Notes under the pieces: generated by a model | What the model saw: only the letters and a program-made list of their open reading frames with translations | Told to the model about the DNA's origin: nothing | Databases searched by the model: none | Source: an uncultured Ardenticatenaceae bacterium | GTDB lineage: Bacteria > Chloroflexota > Anaerolineae > Promineifilales > Promineifilaceae | NCBI GenBank assembly: GCA_964422535.1 | Contig: CAYRBP010000010.1 | Coordinates: forward strand, 791-64,790 | Direction: 5' to 3' | DNA length: 64,000 nt | Program-made: the position numbers and the translations under genes | Shown: piece after piece, positions 37,428 to 45,740 of the stretch | Layout of the letters: every line of letters begins with the position of its first letter | Numbering within the stretch: the stretch's first letter is position 1

Positions 37428-37455
37428 TTGACATAGTGCGGACAAACGGTACAAT
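37428..37455 (+). promoter_or_regulatory. near-consensus sigma70 promoter (TTGACA - 16 nt - TACAAT) in an AT-rich spacer upstream of the recombinase
   Basis: TTGACA lies at 37428-37433 and TACAAT at 37450-37455. It is followed by the AT-rich stretch CCAATTAATATACCTTAATTTAAC. Confidence 0.55.
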
Positions 37456-37555
37456 GCCAATTAATATACCTTAATTTAACTATCGCCGCTAGCCATCCGA
37501 ACTGCCGGGCATGGGACGCCCTGCCCTTGGAGCCGCGCGACGTTCCGGAGTGGAC

Positions 37556-38695
37556 ATGAATCAAACACAAACCAAGCTACCGATTTCCCAGCGGCCCGTG
37601 CCGGGCGATCTGGCCTGGCAAGACGAGGATGCCTTCCTGCGCGAAGCCGGCGCGCAGAGCCTGCGGACTGAAGCCACTTATCGAAGCGGCCTGCGGCTTT
37701 TTGCCGACTGGCTCCAGCACTACCGCAAGGGTGGCTACGGCAAATCCGACCCGTGGCCGCTGCAGCCCGACGGTCTTTCGACCGATGTCGTCCTGGAGTT
37801 CCGCAACTGGCTGTTGTCCAATCGCTCCCGCGCCACGGTGACCACCTATATGGCCGCCGTGGTCGGTTACCTTCACTATCTGGACGGCCACGACCTGCTG
37901 CCGGATGAAGTCCAGCTCGGCAAGCTGCAACGCCAGATGGCCCGCCGGCAGATCGAGCGCAACCAGGCGGAGAGCGTGATCGACCTGGACGTGGCCCGCC
38001 AGGACATGCCGAAGATCATCGAATACTACGATTCGCTACCGCTGCCGGCGGAGAACGACCAATATAACCGCCGCCTGTCGCTGCTTCGCGACCGGGCCGT
38101 GGTCAAGGTGCTCTACTCAACGGCCGCCCGCATCTCAGAAGTCGTCTCACTCAACCGGGCCAACGTCAACCACGGCCGCTCGGAGTACGCCACCGTCATC
38201 GGCAAGGGTAATAAGGGTCGGACGCTCTATTTCCGCGCCTACGCTCGTGAAGCGCTGGTTGCGTATCTGGCCGAGCGGACCGACACCAACCCGGCCCTTT
38301 TCGTCTCGCACAGCCGCAATTCGGCGAACGCGCGACTGACGATCACGTCGGTCCACAACACGATCAAACGCGCGGTCAAAGCGCTGGGCCTGCATGAGAG
38401 CCTCTCTGCCCACGATTTTCGCCATTACAGGGCGACTCAGCTGCTCCGGGCCGGCATGCCACTGGAGGTCGTCCAGGAGTTTCTTGGCCACGCCGATGTA
38501 ACGACGACCCGCAATATCTATGCCCCTGTCCTGGGTGTTCAGGTCGTCACGGAATGGCTGAACAACATGGACGTCGCCCCGGAGGAGGCGCTGCGAGAAC
38601 AGCGGCACGTCGAAGCGCCACGGCTGTTGCCGGTGTCACAATGGGATCCGGACGAGCCGCTTTCCCCCACCCTACCTGAGGATGTCTTATCCTGA
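37556..38695 (+). CDS. tyrosine recombinase / phage-type integrase family protein
   Basis: It has a SAM-like N-domain (TYRSGLRLFADWL) and the catalytic pattern STAARISEV (Arg I), HDFRHY (H-x-x-R) and LGHADVTTTRNIY (His/Tyr). I chose the ATG at 37556 because GGAG lies 5-6 nt upstream. The ATG at 37511 is also possible. Confidence 0.85.
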   Translation: MNQTQTKLPISQRPVPGDLAWQDEDAFLREAGAQSLRTEATYRSGLRLFADWLQHYRKGGYGKSDPWPLQPDGLSTDVVLEFRNWLLSNRSRATVTTYMAAVVGYLHYLDGHDLLPDEVQLGKLQRQMARRQIERNQAESVIDLDVARQDMPKIIEYYDSLPLPAENDQYNRRLSLLRDRAVVKVLYSTAARISEVVSLNRANVNHGRSEYATVIGKGNKGRTLYFRAYAREALVAYLAERTDTNPALFVSHSRNSANARLTITSVHNTIKRAVKALGLHESLSAHDFRHYRATQLLRAGMPLEVVQEFLGHADVTTTRNIYAPVLGVQVVTEWLNNMDVAPEEALREQRHVEAPRLLPVSQWDPDEPLSPTLPEDVLS

Positions 38696-38736
38696 TAAAG
38701 TGCGGTAATCGCTACACGAAATATCACCGTCCGCGG

Positions 38737-39579
38737 CTAGCGCGGTACCTGCCCTTCGACCGCCTTTGCCCGGGCTTCCATGCGGCGGATCGGGTCGTAA
38801 CCCGCATCGGTGGCGGGCGCAAACCGGCTCAGCCGGCCCTCGGCCAGGATCGCCCGGCCTTCTTCGGTCCGGTCCAGGGCCAGCATCTCGGTTCGAATCG
38901 CTTCGCGGATCGGTTCCGGCACCCGGGCTGAAATGACGATGGGCGGGATTGGGCTGGGTCCGAGCACGGCCACAATGCGCAGCGCCTCGGCCAGCTGCGG
39001 CCGCCGCTCCATCTCCCATTCGAGGACCGTGCTGTCGATCGCCGATGTGTCGGCCCGGCCGTCGAGCACCGCCTCAATCGAGTTGACATGCCCCCCGCTG
39101 GCGCTCGTGCGGCCGAAGTAGGCGACCGTCTCGCCAAGTGTCGCCAGGTGATGGCGCATGATGTGGTATCCCGACTGGGAGCCGGGTTCGTTGTAGACCC
39201 AGTGCCTGCCCCTCAGGTCAGCAAAGGTCCGGGCCCGGTCTCCGGCCCGGACGATGACATCGGAGTAATAGACCGGCCTGTCGCTGTATCGCGCCCCCGC
39301 CATGACAGGCGCGACGAGCAGCGACAGCGGGGCATTGCCCGCCAGCCGCACATAGGGCCAGCCACAGATCCAGCCCAGGCTGATGGCCCCCCGACTGATG
39401 CCGTCATAGGCGTCGCGCCAGTCGCACGCCTCCAGAAAACGCACCGGTTGCGCGAGTCGACGGCCGAGATACGCAGCCAGCGCCCGGGAGACCGGCACGG
39501 TGTTGTCAGCCTGGCAGGTGGCGAAGGTCAGGTCCTCCTCCGCCTGCCAGGCCTGCGCGTCCCCGTCGTGGTGCATCAC
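38737..39579 (-). CDS. PhnD-like (phosphonate/phosphite-type) substrate-binding-fold protein without signal peptide
   Basis: It shows the type-2 SBP pattern of the PhnD family (L.FA......V..AL..YL...L..PV.F......W.DAYD.IS.G.I.LGWI; YYSDVIVRAGDRARTFADLRG..W.YNEP.SQSGY). The N-terminus MMHHDGDAQAWQAEEDL is hydrophilic, with no TM helix or lipobox. Confidence 0.65.
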   Translation of the reverse strand: MMHHDGDAQAWQAEEDLTFATCQADNTVPVSRALAAYLGRRLAQPVRFLEACDWRDAYDGISRGAISLGWICGWPYVRLAGNAPLSLLVAPVMAGARYSDRPVYYSDVIVRAGDRARTFADLRGRHWVYNEPGSQSGYHIMRHHLATLGETVAYFGRTSASGGHVNSIEAVLDGRADTSAIDSTVLEWEMERRPQLAEALRIVAVLGPSPIPPIVISARVPEPIREAIRTEMLALDRTEEGRAILAEGRLSRFAPATDAGYDPIRRMEARAKAVEGQVPR

Positions 39580-40907
39580 ACCCAGGGCGAGTGGCTGTTG
39601 GTCGACCCGAAGGTCCGCCCCTCCGCGTAGCGGCTGAAAGCGAAGGGCTTCAGGTCAGGCACGTCGTCACCCATCAGGTAGGCCGCCACCAGCTTGCCGG
39701 CGCCCAGCATCTTGAAGCCGTGATTGCTGTCGGCGATCATGTAGACGTTTGGCGTTACCCAGTCCAGTACAGGCACATTGTCGGGCGTGAACGCGCCGAT
39801 GCCGCCGTTACGCCGCTCGCGGAAGTTCGACCGGATACCCTCGAAGCGACGCATCGTCTGGGCCATTCCGGCACACAGATAGTCGGCGAACTCCGGCTCG
39901 GCCTGGTACTCGTCGTTGTCGTGTCCATAGGGATCGGTCACGGCCGTCGGTCCCAGCTTGATTGGCACAGTGCCGCCCTGCAGGCCCGGCCGGTCCATCC
40001 GTTCGTTGCCGTTCTTGAAGTAGAGATACGTCCAGTCGCGCAGGACCCGGCCGGTCTCCTCCTCGACGACGGGCGTGCTCATCTTCTCCACGTGGAGCAC
40101 GGGCGGGTTCAGGCCGGCGGCCGTCAGATAGGGCTGGTCGTAGTAGACTTCTCCCTCCAGCAGCCGCCAGTAAGTCCACATATCCTTTCGGGCGGATCCC
40201 CCGTCCGGGTAGTGGACGTCGAGTTCCATCGGCCGCCCCAGCATCTCCCAGTGCTTCGGCGTCCATGCCCCCAGCCCCCAGATGACGAGTTCGCACGCGA
40301 TCTCGCCCCGGTCTGTCGCCACTTTCCTGACCTGCCCCCCCTCGGTCACATAGCCGGTTACCGCCACACCGCTGATGACGCGGACACCTTCGTCGAGGCA
40401 CTTCTGGGTCAGGCCCCTGATCACCTGCCGCGTGCCGGCGTAGCCGCTGATGCGTTCGTGCAGGGCCACATCCACACCGTCGGTCTTGAAGTCGGGCCAG
40501 ATGCCGGTCAGGAAGTCGCGCGCCTCGCGGCCGACATAGAGGTCGGAGTGGTAGCCGACCCGGTTCTGGCTCTGATGGATGCGCTCGTAGTCGGAGGTCT
40601 GGTTCGCCTCGCCAATCGACACGTAGCCGACTTGCTGAAACCCGAAGGCAACCGGATCGACCATCCAGACATCAACGCTGTGCCGAAGAAGGGCGTGGAT
40701 AGGCTCGGTCATATAGAAGTTGCGGACACAGCCACAGGCGATGCCCGACGCGCCTGCCCCGGGCCCGGTCTTGTCCAGCACGACGATGTCGGCTCCACTT
40801 CCGCGCCCGCGCCGGCGCAGTTCCTGGGCCAGGTGCCATGCCGTGCTGAGTCCGTGGACGCCGGCGCCGATCACCACATAGCTCACAGATTCGGGTAGTT
40901 TGTCCAT
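39576..40907 (-). CDS. FAD-dependent oxidoreductase (DAO family, sarcosine/dimethylglycine-oxidase-like)
   Basis: 443 aa with the N-terminal dinucleotide motif YVVIGAGVHGLSTAWHLA. It has DAO-type length and pattern. Confidence 0.8.
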   Translation of the reverse strand: MDKLPESVSYVVIGAGVHGLSTAWHLAQELRRRGRGSGADIVVLDKTGPGAGASGIACGCVRNFYMTEPIHALLRHSVDVWMVDPVAFGFQQVGYVSIGEANQTSDYERIHQSQNRVGYHSDLYVGREARDFLTGIWPDFKTDGVDVALHERISGYAGTRQVIRGLTQKCLDEGVRVISGVAVTGYVTEGGQVRKVATDRGEIACELVIWGLGAWTPKHWEMLGRPMELDVHYPDGGSARKDMWTYWRLLEGEVYYDQPYLTAAGLNPPVLHVEKMSTPVVEEETGRVLRDWTYLYFKNGNERMDRPGLQGGTVPIKLGPTAVTDPYGHDNDEYQAEPEFADYLCAGMAQTMRRFEGIRSNFRERRNGGIGAFTPDNVPVLDWVTPNVYMIADSNHGFKMLGAGKLVAAYLMGDDVPDLKPFAFSRYAEGRTFGSTNSHSPWV

Positions 40908-40978
40908 TTCACATTTCTCCGAGTGCCAAGTCTGGGTTGAAGCCGATAAGGGATCGATCTGGCGCGTTCCGGCCGCTC

Positions 40979-42526
40979 TCAGCCGGCCCCGGCCAGTTCG
41001 GACTTGCGCCGCTCGACGTAGGCGCGAAGCTCCTCTTCCACGCCCGGGTCAAGCGGCGGCCGTTCGTATTCACCAAGCAGCACTTTCGCGATCCCGTGCG
41101 CTCGCCGGGCAGCATCCGATTGGCCATCCTGCAGCCACTTGTCATAGTTCTGGCGATCGCTGACGAAGGGCAGGTAAAACTCCGACCGGTAGCGCTCCAA
41201 CGTGTGGGCAGTGCCGAGGTGATGCCCGCCCGGCCCGACCTCGGCGATGGATTCCAGCGCCAGCGTCTCATCGCTGACCTCCACCCCGCCCAGCATCCGC
41301 TGGAAGACCGCCAGCCCCTCGACATCGATGACGAACTTCTCCAGCGAGCAGACGAGTCCCGCCTCCAGCCAGCCCGCGCTGTGCAGGATGATGTTGGCGT
41401 GGGCCATGACCGCCGGCCAGAGACTCATCTGCGTCTCGTAACTCGCCTGGGCGTCGGGCAGCTTGGCGTTGTTCAACCCCCCACTCCCGCGATAGGGGAC
41501 GCCGTAGTAACGCGCCAGCTGCGCCCCGGTCATCAGTGCCAGCGCCCCTTCGGGCGTTCCAAAGGCCGGGCTGCCGGTCTGCATGTCGATATTGGTGGTG
41601 AAGCCGCCGTAGATGACAGGGCAGCCCGGGTTGACCAGCTGCGTCAGGGCGATCCCGGCCAGCGCCTCGGCATTCTGCTGGGCGATCGCCGCCGCCAGGG
41701 TCACCGGACTCATCGCCCCGGCCAGGATGAAGGGCGTCACGATCGCCGGCTGGCCGTAGCGGGCAAACATGATCAGGCCGCCCAGCATCCGCCCGTCGAA
41801 GCGCAACGGGCTGTTGGCATTGACCACAGCCGCCATGACCGGCTGTCGCTGGACTGAATCGAGGCCACCGAAGACGATAGCGGCCATGCGGATATAGTCG
41901 GACGCCACGTCGCGGCCGTGGGCAGCGGCCGTGTAGACTTTGTCGCTGGTCGTCAGCTGGATCAGGTTCTTTTCCAGGTGCCGGATCGGGACGGGGACAT
42001 CCTGCGGTTCCAGCAGCAGGCCCTCGACGATGTGGATGGGGTTGCATACCTGAGCCAGCCTCACCATCTGTTCGAACGCAGCCAGGGAGCCCGGGCGCCG
42101 GCCCGTCTCCAGGTCGGAGTAGAAGGGCGCGCCGCCAACCGTCGCGAAGTTCACCGCGTTGCCGCCGAAGACGAGCGATCGCTCGGGGTTGAGGGCGCGC
42201 AGGGTGAACTCCGAAGGCGCCTTGCCGACGAGCGAGAGCAGGTGCTCCCGGTCGATCCACACGTGCTGGCCTTTCCAGTCCACCCGCGCGCCGGCATCAT
42301 GCCAGAGCTGCAGGGCCTCGGCATCGAGAAAGTCGATGCCGATCTCCTCCACAATGCGCATGGAGGCTTCGTGGATGCGGGCCAGCTGCTCACCGGACAG
42401 CGCTTCGAGCGGCCGGAACGGGTTCCGGACCAGCCGGAAGGGCTTGCCGTCCATCGGTCCGGCCGCGCCCGGACGCTGGCGGGTGCGACGGTTGGTGGAA
42501 CGCTGGGACACTATCGGTTCGCCCAT
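40979..42526 (-). CDS. MttB-superfamily (trimethylamine methyltransferase family) protein, non-pyrrolysine
   Basis: 515 aa. After a basic N-terminus comes PFRPLEALSGEQLARIHEASMRIVEEIGIDFLDAEALQLWHDAGARVD, typical of COG5598/MttB-family TIM barrels. There is no in-frame TAG. Confidence 0.8.
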   Translation of the reverse strand: MGEPIVSQRSTNRRTRQRPGAAGPMDGKPFRLVRNPFRPLEALSGEQLARIHEASMRIVEEIGIDFLDAEALQLWHDAGARVDWKGQHVWIDREHLLSLVGKAPSEFTLRALNPERSLVFGGNAVNFATVGGAPFYSDLETGRRPGSLAAFEQMVRLAQVCNPIHIVEGLLLEPQDVPVPIRHLEKNLIQLTTSDKVYTAAAHGRDVASDYIRMAAIVFGGLDSVQRQPVMAAVVNANSPLRFDGRMLGGLIMFARYGQPAIVTPFILAGAMSPVTLAAAIAQQNAEALAGIALTQLVNPGCPVIYGGFTTNIDMQTGSPAFGTPEGALALMTGAQLARYYGVPYRGSGGLNNAKLPDAQASYETQMSLWPAVMAHANIILHSAGWLEAGLVCSLEKFVIDVEGLAVFQRMLGGVEVSDETLALESIAEVGPGGHHLGTAHTLERYRSEFYLPFVSDRQNYDKWLQDGQSDAARRAHGIAKVLLGEYERPPLDPGVEEELRAYVERRKSELAGAG

Positions 42527-43155
42527 GCCGGCTCCTCTACGGTCAGCGGCCTCCTGGCGCGCCAGACGGGAATCGAGCGATAGTCGTAGTACTTGACCAG
42601 GTGCAACTGCAGCGCATCCGGGCGGCGTACACCGTGGGGCAACACGCCGTTGTAGATGCGGACGGAGGTGTAGAGGCCCGGCAGCAGCTCGCGGAGCGCC
42701 GCAGCATGGCGGGGCGAAGCGCCAAAACGGTCTTTGGCTTCCGGCGAGTCAAACAGCACAAGGTTGGCGTAGTTGCTCGTCACCAACTGGATGCTGACAT
42801 AGCAGAGCAGGCCGTCATGGGCCGCCAGATCGTCCAGCATCTGCCGATCGAGCCTCTGGGCATGGCCCAGGTCTGCGGTCGGGCTGCGCTGGCCGAAGAA
42901 CCCCACAACCGTCAGCGAACCGGGTGACATCATGCGCTCCGGGTTCAACAGCACGCGGCGCAGCATCCACTGCTCAGGACCGGGCTGATAGAGGGTCACC
43001 GGCCGACCCGCGGGCGGATCTGTGGCGTGCTCCAGGGTCAGGCAGACGGTGGTGACTAGGTAGCGCATCACCTGCATATCGATCATCGAGTGACGCAGAT
43101 CGGTGAACGGTCGGTCGGCCAGGACTTCCTGTGGATCAAGTACGATCTCGCTCAT
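42511..43155 (-). CDS. hypothetical protein (214 aa) co-transcribed with the MttB-family gene
   Basis: The ATG at 43155 has GAGGTG 5 nt upstream. Its 3' end overlaps the MttB-family start by 16 nt. I recognised no family motif. Confidence 0.6.
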   Translation of the reverse strand: MSEIVLDPQEVLADRPFTDLRHSMIDMQVMRYLVTTVCLTLEHATDPPAGRPVTLYQPGPEQWMLRRVLLNPERMMSPGSLTVVGFFGQRSPTADLGHAQRLDRQMLDDLAAHDGLLCYVSIQLVTSNYANLVLFDSPEAKDRFGASPRHAAALRELLPGLYTSVRIYNGVLPHGVRRPDALQLHLVKYYDYRSIPVWRARRPLTVEEPAWANR

Positions 43156-43167
43156 GATCACCTCGAA

Positions 43168-43947
43168 TCACGCGCTTTCCGGTTGGATGCGAAGTGGCCC
43201 GCGATGGCCCAGTTCGGCCGATGCCAGGGCAGCGGTCTCCATCAGCGGCTCGACAAAACCCAGCAGTGTCTCGCGGGGCATGCGGAACGTTGGCCCGGAA
43301 ACGGAGATGGCGCCGGCGACGCGGCCGCGATGGTCAAGCACGGGCGCGGCAATGGCGCTGAACGCCTGTTCAAACTCCTCCTCCACCGTCGCATAGCCGC
43401 ACGCCACGACGCGCTCGATCTCGCTGTCCAGCGCCTCGTGAGTATCGATGGTGTTTTGTGTGTAGCGCCGCAATGGCGGCGGCAACAACTCCCGACGCTG
43501 CTGCGGCGTCAGGTTGGCCAGCAAGATCTTCCCGCTGGCGGTGCAGTGAAGCGGCAGGCGGCGGCCGATCCAGCTGGCGTATCGGAGCGGTTTCGGACTG
43601 GCTTTGTTGTCAACGTTGAGGCAGTCCTGCCCATCCAGGATGTTGACGGTGATCGTCTCCTGTGTCGCCTGGACGAGACTGTCAAGGTACTGGTAGGCGG
43701 CGCCGCGGACATCGACCTGGCCCAAAGCGACGCCGGCCATGCTGATCAACCCTACCCCAAGGCGGTATCGGCTGTTGCGCGGGTTCTGGCTGATCAGGCC
43801 CTCCTCCTCAAGCGTAGAGAGCATCCGGGAGACCGTGCTCTTGTGCAAGTCGAGTCGCTGGCTGAGTTGGGTCACGCTCAGCTCCGGTTCTGCTTCGCTG
43901 AAACATCTCAGAATGGCGACAGCCCGGTTGATCGACTGGATCGACAT
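43168..43947 (-). CDS. IclR-family transcriptional regulator
   Basis: It has the N-terminal wHTH SINRAVAILRCFSEAEPELSVTQLSQRLDLHKSTVSRMLSTLEEEGLI and an IclR effector domain. Confidence 0.9.
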   Translation of the reverse strand: MSIQSINRAVAILRCFSEAEPELSVTQLSQRLDLHKSTVSRMLSTLEEEGLISQNPRNSRYRLGVGLISMAGVALGQVDVRGAAYQYLDSLVQATQETITVNILDGQDCLNVDNKASPKPLRYASWIGRRLPLHCTASGKILLANLTPQQRRELLPPPLRRYTQNTIDTHEALDSEIERVVACGYATVEEEFEQAFSAIAAPVLDHRGRVAGAISVSGPTFRMPRETLLGFVEPLMETAALASAELGHRGPLRIQPESA

Positions 43948-43976
43948 GTCTTACCCGTGCAGAAGGCTAACTGTTG

Positions 43977-44005
43977 CGTATCGTGAAACCATGTTTCACG
44001 ATACG
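43977..44005. promoter_or_regulatory. perfect 13-bp inverted repeat, candidate IclR operator
   Basis: The sequence is CGTATCGTGAAAC-CAT-GTTTCACGATACG. It sits 30 nt upstream of the iclR-family start codon. Confidence 0.55.
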
Positions 44006-44152
44006 GTAGCGAATATTGTTAGCACGACGGGAACCGTTTGTCAACAAAGAGAGGCGGACAGCGAAAGGCCCGGCCGCGTTCGGCCGGCCCGATTGGTTGA
44101 TTGGCCTGCCAACAGGAGGGGTGGCGTGGATCGGCCGGCCCGATGCCGGCGC

Positions 44153-45304
44153 TTAATTGGCATCCAGGAGGGCGATGTGGTCGAGCAGGTCGGAGACGAC
44201 CTGGACGTTGTTCATCGATACGCGGATGGCAAGCGCGGCCGCGCCAAGATAGAGCGCCAGTTCGGACAGAAACGCCAGGTGCCGGTAGGGCTGGGCCGCA
44301 TCGGCCAGCAACACCAGTGCCCGCCCCGCGGCTCTGATGCGCCGCCCCGCCTCTACGAGCTGCGCGGTGCTGCCCCACGCGGCCGCCTCGAGCGCAAGCA
44401 ACGAAGCCGCCTTGGCCTGCAGGCAGAGGTCCACCTCATCGAGTGTTGAAAGCCCTCTGTGCGCGGCCAGCCGGACGGAGAGCCGCCGGAAGCCCACCGC
44501 CTCCTGCAACTGGCTCATCGCGGCGGCCCGCATGATGCTGTCATCCAGATAAAGGGCGTCCTCGACGATCAGCGGCAGGGGCGCGGCCGTCGCTGCCAGA
44601 CCCGCAAGCGGGCCCAGGATCCGCCCGTAGTGCAGGCGCGGGTCGGGCGTGAGCTGTCCCAACGCGCCGTTGAGGGCCAGATACACGGCCGGCCGGTACT
44701 CTTCAGAGGTGAGGGCCGGCACCCGCGCGCTCAATTCCCGCACGAACCGCTGGAGGTCCGTGGCGTCGGGGCCGACGATGTCGGTCAGTTCGTCCGCCGT
44801 CAGCCGATAGCCAATACCGTCCGGGCGCTGCAAGATGACCTGGTCGAAGACCTCGGCGGTTGCCGCGTAGTCCGGCACTTCGACGTAGAGGCCGAGGCCG
44901 GGCATGTCACGCTCGAGTGGCCCGAATTCGACCTCGAGTTGGCGAAAGCGCGAAGTACCCTGCGCGGCCGATACGGCCGTCAACAGGGCCTGTTCCACGC
45001 CGAGCCTGACTTCGGGGGCGTTGAGAAGCGGATCGGTTGATGCGTCAAGGCAGGCGGCAAGCGGCCGAAACGCGTCGGCCGGTTGATGTCCGACGGCCGC
45101 TGTGATACTGTCTTCCAGGCGGCGCGGGATGTCCGCCCGACTGCCGAGCGGCCAGAGCGCCTCCGGCAGCAGACAGGCGCCTTCGTAGATGCGTCCATCG
45201 GACGCCCGCAAGCCGACGGAGACGGCAAGCGGTTGGCGTCCCAACGGGTCGGTTGGCCGGTGCAGGAGACGGACGGCAGCCTGCTCAATGTAGACGATTG
45301 ACAT
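44153..45304 (-). CDS. hypothetical protein (383 aa), possibly a divergent enolase-superfamily / methylaspartate-ammonia-lyase-like fold
   Basis: The ATG at 45304 gives MSIVYIEQAAVRLLH. The overall length and a few segments (RLGVEQALLTAVSAAQG; VYLALNGALG...PLPLIVEDAL) loosely resemble MAL/enolase-type proteins by eye only. The product call is weak. Confidence 0.5.
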   Translation of the reverse strand: MSIVYIEQAAVRLLHRPTDPLGRQPLAVSVGLRASDGRIYEGACLLPEALWPLGSRADIPRRLEDSITAAVGHQPADAFRPLAACLDASTDPLLNAPEVRLGVEQALLTAVSAAQGTSRFRQLEVEFGPLERDMPGLGLYVEVPDYAATAEVFDQVILQRPDGIGYRLTADELTDIVGPDATDLQRFVRELSARVPALTSEEYRPAVYLALNGALGQLTPDPRLHYGRILGPLAGLAATAAPLPLIVEDALYLDDSIMRAAAMSQLQEAVGFRRLSVRLAAHRGLSTLDEVDLCLQAKAASLLALEAAAWGSTAQLVEAGRRIRAAGRALVLLADAAQPYRHLAFLSELALYLGAAALAIRVSMNNVQVVSDLLDHIALLDAN

Positions 45305-45731
45305 GACACGTATCCATCGCGAACCGCCTCGGAGAGGCGCCATCCTGGCCGGCTGCTTCGTCAGCGCCCTGGTCGTCGCGTTCGTGCTGCTCGCCGCGAT
45401 GGTCCTGGCTTTCCGCGCTGACCGCGACGCGGCGCGCTATCCTGGCGCGACCGTGGTGACCAGTCACAGCAACTACCAGGGACTCCCTACCCAGATACGA
45501 TGGGACAACAGCTACTTCACGACTGACAATTTCACCGATGTCTACAACTGGTACTCGCTGACCTTCGACCTGGGCGCTGAATCGCGCGCGCTCGAACGCT
45601 GCATCGAACTCGACGGTCCGGTCCGGCGACTGCTGACCGTTCAGACCGTCAACGTTTTGATCTGCGGCAGGGACGAAGGCCAGCTCGTCTACGTCACCCG
45701 CACGACGGCGCTGGCCCTGCCGGGTCGCTGA
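45303..45731 (+). CDS. membrane-anchored hypothetical protein (142 aa)
   Basis: It has one N-terminal TM helix (ILAGCFVSALVVAFVLLAAMVLAF) followed by a ~100-aa domain. Its ATG shares 2 nt with the divergent ATG at 45304. Confidence 0.55.
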   Translation: MTRIHREPPRRGAILAGCFVSALVVAFVLLAAMVLAFRADRDAARYPGATVVTSHSNYQGLPTQIRWDNSYFTTDNFTDVYNWYSLTFDLGAESRALERCIELDGPVRRLLTVQTVNVLICGRDEGQLVYVTRTTALALPGR

Positions 45732-45740
45732 GCGGCCGTC

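Noticed and set aside
39591-40898. 435-aa plus-strand ORF antisense to the FAD oxidoreductase. Similar cases are the antisense ORFs at 11768-12829, 18004-18903, 41268-42260, 58348-59562 and 36476-37378.
   Set aside because: All lie opposite genes with strong family signatures, and all have the Arg/Pro/Gly/Ala-biased composition of non-coding frames in GC-rich DNA.
40979-42526. Pyrrolysine (in-frame TAG) in the MttB-family gene
   Set aside because: The 515-aa ORF is uninterrupted and no TAG needs recoding. No pylTSBCD-like genes are in the window.
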